Below are positions 12,795 to 24,364 of a DNA stretch of 64,000 bases, one piece after another (position 1 is the stretch's first letter; each line of letters starts with the position of its first letter). The position numbers and the translations under genes are program-made. The notes beneath the pieces were generated by a model, which was not told the origin of the DNA, made no database searches, and saw only the letters and a list, made by a program, of their open reading frames with translations. The stretch is taken from the NCBI GenBank assembly GCA_951406725.2, contig OX597827.1:32612001-32676000 (forward strand), given 5' to 3'. The DNA comes from Octopus vulgaris (lineage: Eukaryota).

Positions 12795-13444
12795 ATTTTT
12801 CCACAGGAACTTAGTTCCATTTGAAAAATCTACCAGAATGGACGAAAGCGCTATTATATATATGATATAAGATATAAGTTATATGATGTATAAAAACATG
12901 TAATATACAAATAAATATCTGTAAATATAAAACCATCCAAATTTCTGAGTACCTCATTTCTTCTAATATAAAATACCTGTACATCATCTCCAAACCTTCT
13001 AATATATATATATATATATATGCTCTAAAGTAAAGATTATTTTCCAACATAATGTGCCAATTCCGTTGGGGACAGAGTACTGTTACTGAATATTTCTCAT
13101 TGAGAGATTTAGAAATAATAATGTTTCTATTCCTTAGAACAGTGACTGTGTATCACTTTGAAAATTATATATATTTTCGAACAGAGGTTTAGCAGCGCCA
13201 TCTCTAGCCAAGCAGATTTTTGTGACTAGGAAGAGTAAATAACCCAGAAACCGCGGTCCACAGATATTATTTGTGTCGAATAGAGATACTGAACTCCTTT
13301 GTTCGAAAATATAAGGACAAAGATAGTGTGTTGTATAGCCAGCTGGAGACAATTTTTTTGAATTGAGTATATGTATGTGTATGTGTGTATTTGTGTGTGT
13401 GTGTGTATTTAGTGTGTGCGTGTGTGTGTGTGTGCATAAATAAA

Positions 13445-13695
13445 GGTGCAGGCATGGCTTTGTGGTAAGAAGCTTGCTTCACAACCGGATGGTTCTAGGT
13501 TCAGTCCCACTGCGTGACACCTTGGGCAAGTGTCTTCTACTATAGCTTCGGACCGACCAAAGCCTTGAGAGTGGAGCCCGTCGTATGTGCGTGTGTTTGC
13601 GCGCGCGGGCGTGCGTGTATGAACACGTGAGTGTGTGCGTGTGTGTGTGCTTATGTTAGTATTTCTCCCCACCACGTTGGAGTTCTGCCTTGACA
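13445..13695 (+). mobile_element. SINE family A, degenerate
   Basis: tggctttgtggtaagaagcttgc...ggttcagtcccactgcgtgacaccttgggcaagtgtc. Confidence 0.7.
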
Positions 13696-14019
13696 ATTAG
13701 TCGAACGAATCGACCCCAAGACTTATTTTTACGCCAGGTACTTATTGTATTGGCACATTTGCCGAACCGCTAAGTTACGGGGATAAACATAGCCACAAAG
13801 ACGCGCGCACATACACACACTAACACACACAAACACACACACACATTCATGTACACAGTATGTAGCTATGTGCTACAAAAAGTTTCATACATTGGAGACG
13901 TTATCTAGGCAGGTTTTAATAACACACCTTGTGTTTCTAGGTCATGTTAGAGTCCTATCTCACCTGACAAAGTACTTTTTGTTGATCTAAATTATCAGAA
14001 AAGAAAACTATATATATAT

Positions 14020-14441
14020 TCTTTTATTCTTTATTTGTTTCAGTCATTTGACTGCGGCCATGCTGTAGCACTGCCTTTAGTCGAACAACTTATTCTTTGT
14101 AAGTCTAGTACTTATTCTCTCGGTCTCTTTTGCCGAACCGATAGATTACGGGGACGTAAACACACCAACATCGGTTGTCAAGCGATGTTGGGTGGGGACA
14201 AATACAGACACACAAACACACAAACACACACACACACACGCACACACACACACACACACACATACACACATATATGTACGACGGGCTTCTTTCAGTTTCC
14301 GTCTAATAACTCCACTCACAAGGCTTTTGTCAGCCCGAAGCTATAGTAGAAATCACTTGCCCAAGGTGCCACGCAGTGAGTCTGAACCCGAAACCATGTG
14401 GTTGGAAAGCAAGCTACTTAGCACACAGCCACACCTGCGCC
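14020..14441 (-). mobile_element. SINE family A (tRNA head, CORE-like block, internal microsatellite), full length
   Basis: Reverse complement of the 57810-58209 family with internal (CA)n. Confidence 0.85.
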
Positions 14442-14472
14442 TACAGTACATATACATATGCACACACACACA

Positions 14473-14560
<88 letters not shown>

Positions 14561-14894
14561 ATACGAACACAACGCATATATATATATATATTTGTAGTTT
14601 CATCTCAGAACTGCGGCCATGCTGGGGCAATGTATTTATTTATAACAGTTCAGGATTCAAGTGAATCAGGTACTTACTTTAAGTAAGGTAAAGCGGCGGG
14701 TCGGGTTATATAAAGAGAATCATGTACATTACGTAATCATAAGAACAAATACCTACATACATATAGACAGATTATTATTCCGGCCGTATATACGATTAAC
14801 TGCACCCAACTGGGTATATTATGAGCCTCAAGACTGTATCGAGGAACATACACTACACCAATAATAGCTGGTTCCGAATAAGATGAATAATAAA

Positions 14895-15207
14895 TAAATA
14901 ACAAAAGATGGTTAATAGTTCATTCGCTACAGCTGTTTCCAACATATTTATTAATGGATGACTAGAGATATTACATTATGTGGTGGTGAGGTGGGGGGAA
15001 TGATTCCCTCATTAGTAATTAGTAGTGAGGGAATCACGAAGTGCCACAAGCTAGAGACTTTTACAATGTTTTAAATGTGTAATTTCGTGTAAATATTCAC
15101 CTGATGAAAACGGTCTTTTTTCACATGATGTATTTTTTCCATTCATCAATTAAAAAATTCGTTGGAAACAGCTGTAGTGAATGAACCATTCTCCATTTGT
15201 TGTTTAT
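14895..15207 (+). mobile_element. Penelope-type fold-back element with terminal inverted repeats and an HHR
   Basis: Arms ~14895-14943 and ~15161-15207 (ttcattcgctacagctgtttccaac / gttggaaacagctgtagtgaatgaa). Confidence 0.65.
15095..15182 (+). ncRNA. Type I hammerhead ribozyme motif with long stem II region
   Basis: Stem I ATTCAC/GTGAAT, CTGATGA (15101-15107), AACG/CGTT stem II base, GAAA-CAGCT-GTA (palindromic ACAGCTGT). Confidence 0.7.
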
Positions 15208-15214
15208 ATATATA

Positions 15215-15397
15215 TCACCTTGATCACCTTGACCGACCAGTCCGTCGGGCGTCCATTTGACACCGCTGGTCACAGCACGCTGTCCACTCCTCTCTGGATC
15301 ACGCCTTTCTCATCCACGTGATCCCAATCACCCTCCTGAAATCGTAACTCCACCGTCATGGAAGCCTTCCGAGTAGTCGTTTCCGCTCGCGCGGGTA
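15215..15397 (-). mobile_element. 3' end of an RTE-clade LINE with (CAAGGTGAT)2 tail
   Basis: Minus frame PRERKRLLGRLP*RWSYDFRRVIGITWMRKA*SREEW resembles the RTE C-terminal PR..KR..GRP..RW.D..W.R.A..R..W motif. Confidence 0.7.
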
Positions 15398-15577
15398 TAC
15401 ATGAACTCCATGTACATATACATATACGGGCTTCTTTCAGTTTTCGTCTACTAAGTCCTCTCACAAGGATTTGGTCGGCTCATGGCTAAAGTAGAAAGAA
15501 GACAGTTGTCCAAGGTATCATGCGATTGAGAAGGAAAATTCTTACCACCAAGCCACACCCACGTCTAGATAGACAGA

Positions 15578-15670
15578 TTTCTTTATTGGCCACGCAGGGC
15601 TGAACACACAAGAGACAAAGAAAAAAAATTGGGTCGAATTACGATCAAAAGGGATCGTGATAAAAAAGAC

Positions 15671-15673
<3 letters not shown>
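15578..15673 (-). mobile_element. Short LINE 3'-end stub (likely L1/Tx1) ending ...ccaataaagaaa
   Basis: Similar stubs at 21873-21935 and 25502-25570; each has AATAAA at the end and abuts simple repeats. Confidence 0.5.
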
Positions 15674-15742
<69 letters not shown>

Positions 15743-15772
15743 CATACATACATACATACATACATACATACA

Positions 15773-15806
<34 letters not shown>

Positions 15807-15900
15807 CATACATACATACATGCATACATGCATACATACATACATACATACATACATACATACATACATACATACATACATACATACATACATACATACA
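15673..15900. repeat. (GATA)n-(CATA)n compound microsatellite adjoining the RTE 3' end
   Basis: Direct reading. Confidence 0.95.
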
Positions 15901-15902
15901 TT

Positions 15903-18813
15903 ATTATGGCTGCCCCCTCGTTATCGAATATGGCCATTGCATGAAGCGTAACTGTTACTGGTGCTGTGATCGAATGTGACTTTTTAGCCCAGCTAAAGAT
16001 CTACAATGTCTTGTACAGAATTGGCAACTAAAACCTTTACCGGTAATAGCCGGCTGTAGTTGTAACTGGGCTTCATGTACCTTTGCATGTCGTTTAAGTC
16101 CTGCCGAATTACACTCTCTTCCACATGCCCGACAGATATGATTAATATGGTGTGTTACACCACCACCAGTGGCCAGGTTGTCACTCATCTGTCTCGCTTT
16201 ATGACTACGAACATGACTCTTGAGTCCAGCTTTACTGAGGCAGGGTCTTGCACAGACATTACATGTCAGCATCAAAGGAAGACCCTTCTCATCTGGAAGT
16301 GTAACAGCGATGCCCTTCCTGACATCCCTCCTTACTTTCTCACGTGCAACTCGAGATTTCTCAAAAGTGGCTGTCCCCTCGTGCACAATCCTTCTCCACC
16401 TGCTACGATCAATAGCTATACCTTCCCATGTGTCAGGAGAGATGCAAGCATCTCTTAAGGAAGCCTTCAGCAAGTCATTATATCTCTTTTTTGGTTTATG
16501 TGGAGGTCGTTCTCCTCTAGCTAACTCTCCATAAATGAGTTGTTTTGGCATCCTTGAATCCTTCATCCTGACCAGATGACCACTCCATCTGAGCCTTTGC
16601 CTTAACACAAGAGCTTCTATACTTTCACACCGAGAGCCTTCCAATATTTCAAGATCACTGATGCGGTCCTTCCACTTAATGCCATAGATCCGTCTGAGGC
16701 ATATCTGATGGAAACGTTCCAGTTGTTTAAGGTGGTATCGATATGTGACCCACGTCTCGCAGGCATAGAGAAGAGAAGGGAGCACACATGCCTTGTACAC
16801 CTTTATCTTGGTCTTTCTGCATATGTCTCGCCGACTCCAGAGGCGCTTTTTTAGCCTTCCGAAAGCAACACTTGCTTTCCTAATTCTAAATGGAATTTCA
16901 TCATCCAAATTGCTATATCTATTAATAGTGCTTCCCAGGTAGACAAACTGATCAACTACATCAAGTCGTTTACCATACACATAGATATTTGGTACACTAT
17001 ACTGCTTACCAGGGGCAGGTTGATGCTTGACAACAGTTTTCTTGAGATTGACTGTCAATCCTAAGGCAGTGCAAACATCAGAGAATGCATTCAAAATGTG
17101 TTGCATATCAATCTCTGTGTGTGCTACTAGCTCGCATCATCTGCATACAAAAGGTCTCTTATGATAGAGGTAAATACCTTTGTTTTTGCAGCAAGGCGCC
17201 TGATATTAAATATTCTGCCAGAGGTTCGATAATGGACGTAAACACCGTATCTGCAGTTTCTGAATGCAATACAGAACACCATCGCAAAATATATGGAAAA
17301 TAGGGTCGGTGCCAGAATATACCCCTGTTTCACTCCATTTTGTATTGAAATGGGCTCCGACATTTACCCTCTAACATTCACCCTACCATTCATGTCTTCA
17401 TGAAAAGACCTAACCAAAACAAGGAACTTTTCAGGATACCCAAATTTCTGGAGGACTTTCTACAATGCTTTTCTATTGACGGTATCAAAGGCTTTTGTCA
17501 GATCGACAAAAACCTGATGCAAATCCAGACCCTGTTCCACACACCTCTCTTGAAGCTGTCTAGCTGAAAAGATCATATCAGCAGTGCCACGTCCCACACG
17601 AAAGCCAGATTGACTTTCTGGAAGAACACAATCTGCAATGTATTTCAGCAGACGATCCAGAAGTATCCTGCATAAAACCTTTCCTACGACAGACAGCAAT
17701 GATACTCCCCTATAATTACCACAATCATTCCTGTTGCCCTTTCCCTTATACAGGACCACCATTACTGCATCTCTCCACTCCTCAGGTACAGATTCACTAG
17801 TCCATATATTACCAAACAAAGAGTGAAGTTTCTGCAGAAGTTTCTTACCACCATGCTGTAACAACTCCGCATGTATGCCATCCATACTCGGAGACTTCCC
17901 ATTATTCAACCTTGAGACAGCCATTGCAACTTCTTCCAACTTTGGTGGTTCTGCGAGTGCTGCCTTCACAGGTAATCCAGGGATGAGATTGAGAACATCC
18001 TCACTAACTACAGACTGCTGATTGAAAAGTTCATCAAAGTGTTCTTGCCACCTTCGCAGAATTCCTTGTGAATCACGAAGAAGTTCTTTACCATCCCTGC
18101 TTCGAAGTGGTGTCATCAGGGAAGACGTCGGTCCATAAACTTCTCACAAGAGACCATACAACAGCTTTGTGTTATTGGAATCTGATGCCGCCTGTATCTC
18201 ATCAGCCTTCTTACTCCACCACGTATCCCTCATCTGAGAGAGCCTCACATGTGATTTTACGCCCTTGAGTTCCCTATGCAACACTTCCCTTTCCTGTGGC
18301 TTTGCTGACAAATGGCGTGACAAAGTACATCTTTTATCAGCCAATAAATCATCTATATGTTCATCATTTTCTTTAAACCAATCTTGATGCTTTCTTTGTA
18401 TCAATCCCAGAACTTTCTTGCCTATATCATAAACTGACTTTTTAAGGGTCGGCCAATCCTCCCCAATATCTGCAGCATTCATTTCCTCTCGTAAAGTTCT
18501 CTTCACACTATTACACCTAAGACGATCAACAGTAAGTCTTTTAAGCAGGGTAACCCCTGTAGCTCGGATTTTATGTTTTGTCACTTATTTCACTTTTGCA
18601 CGTATTAGGCGTTGGTCAGTCCAACACTTAGCTCTACAAAGAACACGAACACACTGCACATCCTGTCTGTCACGCACCCTAACAAGGATGTAATCCAGAA
18701 TATGCCATTCTTTAGATGCAGGGTGCATCCATGTAGTCTTAAACTTATTCTTTTGTTGAAGCATGGTATTGGTAACACACAGACGCAGCTCCTCCCACAT
18801 CTGCAGCAAAAGC
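15903..18813 (-). mobile_element. RTE (BovB-like) LINE, 3' part: APE C-half, RT, three C2H2 zinc fingers; frameshifted
   Basis: TWMHPASKEWHILDYILVR, YKGKGNRNDCGNYRGVSLLSVVGK, LPESQSGFR, DLTKAFDTV, GVKQG..LAPTLF, LLYADD, FVYLGS, LLYACETW, RLRWSGH; C-terminal CxxC..HxxxH fingers. Confidence 0.93.
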
Positions 18814-20081
18814 TGTCAGGTCACTTTCGAGTGCTACTGGTAACATGTAACCCAGTACAACCTGTTGCATGGTCGGGTCGTCGGCGACTAAACCGGCAAC
18901 CCTACCAAGCTTGCTTGCTTGGTGAAGAGGGTATTTATTGGACACCCTGCGGGATGAAAAACAAAACCCGTCAAAGGGCGGAGGAACTCTTGAGAGTCAA
19001 CGGCCATCCAATAAATGTCTTAAGGCTGTATCATGTGCGGGGACATAGAAATAATCAGACTGAATACTCGATCGCGCGGTTAAACCATTGGGAGTGAAGG
19101 ACTCCTAGCCTTTGTTAGGGCATCCTTCTCGGAGAAGGTAACTCAGGTAACTGGGATAACTCTGACATAAAATCTGCGGCTCAGTGGTTACCGATGATGT
19201 TGTTCTTCTTTTCGGATTATGACTGCTGTTGCTTAGTGAGTGGGAGTGACTCAGTGCACAGCCTTTCCTCACTTTAAAAAAAAAATCTTCTTGCACAGGC
19301 ATTGCACGATAACAACATTGATTGATTGATTAAATTGATTAACTAATTCATGATTATTGATGGCATTGTGAGTCTCAACTGAATGGCTGGCTGTAGCCTT
19401 AAAAAGCAAAAAATTCAATGATGTACCAAAACAGTATAAAAATAAATGGCAGTAAGGACTCTGGAACCACATCGGCTTCCAGAGCATCACAGTCTGAACC
19501 CGGCCGTCATCATGCTACTTTGATAGAACCAAAGAAAATAGTGAATATTGGCTGTTGGAATGTACGGACACTGCTTGACCGCAAGTCCTCTGAATGTCCT
19601 GAAAGAAGGACTGCGCTTGTTGCGAAGGAGCTTCAACGCTATGATCTTGACATCGTTCCTTTATCTGAGAGGAGATTACCTGGAGATAGTCATCTTACAG
19701 AATCTTGTGGAAAATATACATTCTTTTGTATGAAGAGTTTAGAGGAGAAGCTGGAGTGGCATTTGCTGTTAAGACTACTCTTGTGGACAAGTTGGAAGAA
19801 TTCCCAATCGGAATTAACGAGCGTCTTATGTCCATGAGAATTCCTTTGGCTAAAGGAAATTATATGACCTTGGTGAGTGTGTATGCTCCAACTATGTGCT
19901 TTACTGATGACGAAAAATTTTCTTTCTACCATGCTTTGAAGGGCATTATAAGAAATATCCCTCGGGCAGACAAATTCATCGTACTGGGTGACTTTAATGT
20001 TAGAGTGGGTAGGGATTTTAACACATGGAAAGTAATTGGAAAGCATGGGGTGGGGAAGTGTAATAGTAATGGCATGCTTTT
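18814..20081 (+). mobile_element. Inverted 5' part of the same RTE LINE (structured 5' UTR + APE N-half)
   Basis: IGCWNVRTLLD..PERRTALVAKELQRY, VSVYAPT, LGDFN, GVGKCNSNGML; ends exactly where the minus-strand part begins (LLQM...). Confidence 0.9.
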
Positions 20082-20276
20082 TACATAGATACATTCATAC
20101 ATGCACACGTACATAGATGCAAATATGTACCGGCACACATACGTACGTATACAGTATACAGACGTGTATGTATGTATGTACGTATGTATGTATGTATGTA
20201 TGTATGTATGTATGTATGTATGTATGTATGTATGTATGGTAGGTGTATGGAAATATATATATGTATATATATATAT

Positions 20277-20484
20277 ACTCTTTTACTTGTTTCAGTCATT
20301 TGACTGCGGCCATGCTGGAGCACCGCTTTTAGTCGAGCAAATCGACCCCGGGACTTATTCTTTGTAAGCCCAGTACTTATTCTATCGGTCTCTTTTGCCG
20401 AACCGCTAAGTGACGGGGATGTAAACACACCCGCATCGGTTGTCAAGCAATGCTAGGGAGACAAACACAGACACACAAACACAT

Positions 20485-20551
<67 letters not shown>

Positions 20552-20710
20552 TATATACGACAGGCTTCTTTCAGTTTCCGTCTACCAAATCCACTTACAA
20601 GGCATTGGTCGGCCCGAGGCTATAGTAGAAGACACTTGCCCAAGGTGCCACGCAGTGGGACTGAACCCGGAACCATGTGGTTGGTTAGCAAGCTACTTAC
20701 CACACAACCA
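20277..20710 (-). mobile_element. SINE family A, near full length, long internal (TA)n
   Basis: Homologous to 57810-58209. Confidence 0.85.
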
Positions 20711-21030
20711 ATATATATAAATATATATATATATATACACATACACATATATGCATATGTATGTATATTCATATGTACGTGTGTGAATGTGTATATATGT
20801 ATGTATATATATATATATATATATATATTACAAAATTAGAGAATGGAGAAACATACTTAAATCAGTAAACCATCAACTATCCGATGATACTCAATCCATA
20901 CTTTAATACACCATTACATATGAGTAAAGGCAATATATAAAATGAAATGAGATATACAGTAATAGTAAAAGTAAAAAGATAAAGAGATATAAGTAAAAAA
21001 TTTCAAATATAATATGCAAATAAATCAAAA

Positions 21031-21138
21031 CTGACAGCTGTTTCGGCAGTGAGGACAGTCATACCTCATTTAACCTATAAGCCATAAAGGCAGGTATAAA
21101 TGAGGCATTAACAAGGATGCCCCACGGCCTCTTCAGAG
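21031..21138 (-). ncRNA. Type I hammerhead ribozyme motif with 85-nt stem II hairpin
   Basis: Minus strand CTGAAGA-GGC...GCC-GAAA-CAGCT-GTC; inner atgcctcatttatacct pairs with aggttaaatgaggtat; stem I only CT/AG. Confidence 0.7.
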
Positions 21139-21210
21139 AATTAAATTAAATTTGTTATAATAGTGAAAAATATTATATAATCATATACATATAAATATAA
21201 AAATATAAAA

Positions 21211-21262
<52 letters not shown>

Positions 21263-21283
21263 ATATATATATGTATATATATA

Positions 21284-21334
<51 letters not shown>

Positions 21335-21374
21335 ATATATATGTATGTATATGTATATGTATATATATATATAT

Positions 21375-21417
<43 letters not shown>

Positions 21418-21800
21418 AAAGTAAAAAAATATACAAACTGGGACAAGATATATATATATATATACAAATATATATATACGTATATATATATGTATATGTA
21501 TATAAACATACACGTGACGATAAGATCTGGGTCACACGTTTTCGGCAAGGCTCCGTATAAATAGTGAATATGTTAATATGGAAGAGAAATTACAAAATTT
21601 CACATGAACGAAACAATAAAAATAAAACAGAGAAACTATAAAAATAGAGAAAATACACCAATTATTCATCAATAAATAAATAAATAAACGCATCAAACCG
21701 GGGAGGGGGGCAACGCTTCAAAACAGGTGTGTATAGTTATTTTACTGTGTATACATACGGAGTATAGGTGTGTACATACATACACACACACACACACACA

Positions 21801-21862
<62 letters not shown>

Positions 21863-21986
21863 TGTGTGTGTGTTTCTTTATTAGTCACACGGAGCTGAAC
21901 ACAGAGGGGACAAATTACAAAGTAGAGTTTTTCTTTTTGGGGAGAAAAAAAATAAAATAAAAATAAAAATAAAAAGGGTGTGTGTG

Positions 21987-22070
<84 letters not shown>

Positions 22071-22171
22071 GGAGTAAACACATAAATGTGAAACAAGGTG
22101 GAAAAAGAGTACTCAAATACCAGTGGTAGAGTAATATGCTTTATTTTAAGCAGCAGAAATTTCAACAAAAT

Positions 22172-22209
22172 CTGTTACTCTGAGTTTCTCGTTGCCGTTC
22201 ATCAGACAG
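22172..22209 (-). ncRNA. Type I hammerhead ribozyme (mirror copy)
   Basis: Exact reverse complement of 22226-22263. Confidence 0.75.
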
Positions 22210-22225
22210 TTTTTGCTAGCAAAAA

Positions 22226-22263
22226 CTGTCTGATGAACGGCAACGAGAAACTCAGAGTAACAG
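22226..22263 (+). ncRNA. Minimal type I hammerhead ribozyme
   Basis: CTGT-CTGATGA-ACG-GCAA-CGA-GAAA-CTCAGA-GTA-ACAG: stem I CTGT/ACAG, GNRA loop in stem II, stem III ACT/AGT, GUA site. Confidence 0.8.
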
Positions 22264-22295
22264 ATTTTGTTGAATTTTCTGCTGCTTAAAATAAA

Positions 22296-22334
<39 letters not shown>

Positions 22335-22349
22335 CATATGTGTGTGTAT

Positions 22350-22535
22350 ATGCTTGTCCCCTATCATCGCGTTACAACCGATGCTGGTGTGTTTACGTCC
22401 CCGTAACTTAGCGGTTCGGCAAAAGAGACCGATTGAATAAGTACTAGACTTACAATGAATAAGTAATGAGGTCGATTTGCTCGACTGAAGGCGGTGCTCC
22501 AGCATGGCCGCTGTTAAATGACTGAAACAAGTAAA
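22350..22535 (+). mobile_element. SINE family A, 3' half
   Basis: acaaccgatgctggtgtgtttacgtccccgtaacttagcggttcggc...cagcatggccgc. Confidence 0.8.
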
Positions 22536-22539
22536 ATAT

Positions 22540-22900
<361 letters not shown>

Positions 22901-23613
22901 TAGAAACAAAAATATATAAATATATATCTATATATACATGCATATATGTGTGCGCACAGATATACACACACATTCTTTTATTCGTTTACTTGTTTCTGTC
23001 ATTTGACTGCGGCCATGCTGGAGCATGCGTGGTGTTTTCTAAAACCTTCCTCTTCGCTTCGTGCAGAAAACCACAGACCAAAACACGTGTTTGGAAAGCA
23101 CATCAAGCATTGCCAAGGTGAACGGCGACAACAGCAGCAACAGAAACTGCTGCTGTTTTCATCTGCAAACCTCCGCTGCTGTTTGCTGCTGCGATTTGCT
23201 GTGCTTGTAATTGTTGTTGTTGTTGTTGTTGTTGTTGCTACAGCTGTAGGTAAGGAAACACACTGTAGCGGTTTGAGGAGAGGAGGGGGAGGAGGTAACA
23301 GCGTGCGTGATGTACGTACGTACGTACGTATATATGTATTTACGTATGTATGTATCTATGTATATACATATGTATGCATGTATGTATGAATGTATGTATG
23401 TATGTATGCATGCATGTATGTATGTATGTATGTATGCATGCATGTATGTATGTATGTATGTATGTATGTATGTATGTATGTATCTGTGCGTGCGTATGTG
23501 TATGTGAGGGTGAGCGAAAAAAAGAAAGAAAGATTGAATGAAAGGGAGAAAGAGACATGTAAGAGATATAGAAAGAGAAAGAAGAAAATGAGTATTGGTG
23601 GGAAGTAAGAGAT

Positions 23614-23652
<39 letters not shown>

Positions 23653-23876
23653 TAAAAGGAAGGAGAGGAGACAGATAAATAGAGATAAAGAGATTTATTT
23701 GCATGCGTGCGTCTGTGTTTGTGTGTGTGTGTGTGTGCATGTGTGAGTGTACCAGATGTATGTGTGTGAGTGAACAAGTGTATATGGCGCTCATAAACCC
23801 CAGACAAGCTTTATATCATGTTTCAGGCGACACACACACCACCCCTCTCTCTCTCTCTCCCTCTTTCTATCTATCT

Positions 23877-23907
<31 letters not shown>

Positions 23908-24125
23908 CCTTGACCGGAACGAATAGCACAAAAGGAAGGCAGGAAAATAATAGATTGACAAAGAAATGAGAGAAGAGATACATTCACACTCATACGCACA
24001 CATACATTCACACACACAGTAAGAGCCAGATACATACATACATAAATACATACATACATACATACATATAAGTGTATGTATGCGTCTTTTGATATATGTA
24101 TATATGTATGTATGTATGTATCTCT

Positions 24126-24176
<51 letters not shown>

Positions 24177-24209
24177 TTATGGAGAGAGAGAGAGAGAGAT
24201 TTATTATTG

Positions 24210-24364
<155 letters not shown>

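Larger units (their letters stand above)
22070..22301. mobile_element. Penelope-type pseudo-LTR fragment forming a spacer-less palindrome
   Basis: Arms 22134-22217 and 22218-22301, two mismatches, flanked by (TA)n. Confidence 0.8.

Noticed and set aside
13170-13313. CTCF-like CAGCGCCATCT motif between 18-bp inverted repeats
   Set aside because: Probably an eroded MITE; a single motif is not evidence of an insulator.
23069-23119. 51-nt plus-strand AG..GT micro-exon ([16 protein letters not shown])
   Set aside because: Weak donor (GTGAAC), no partner exons; expected by chance.
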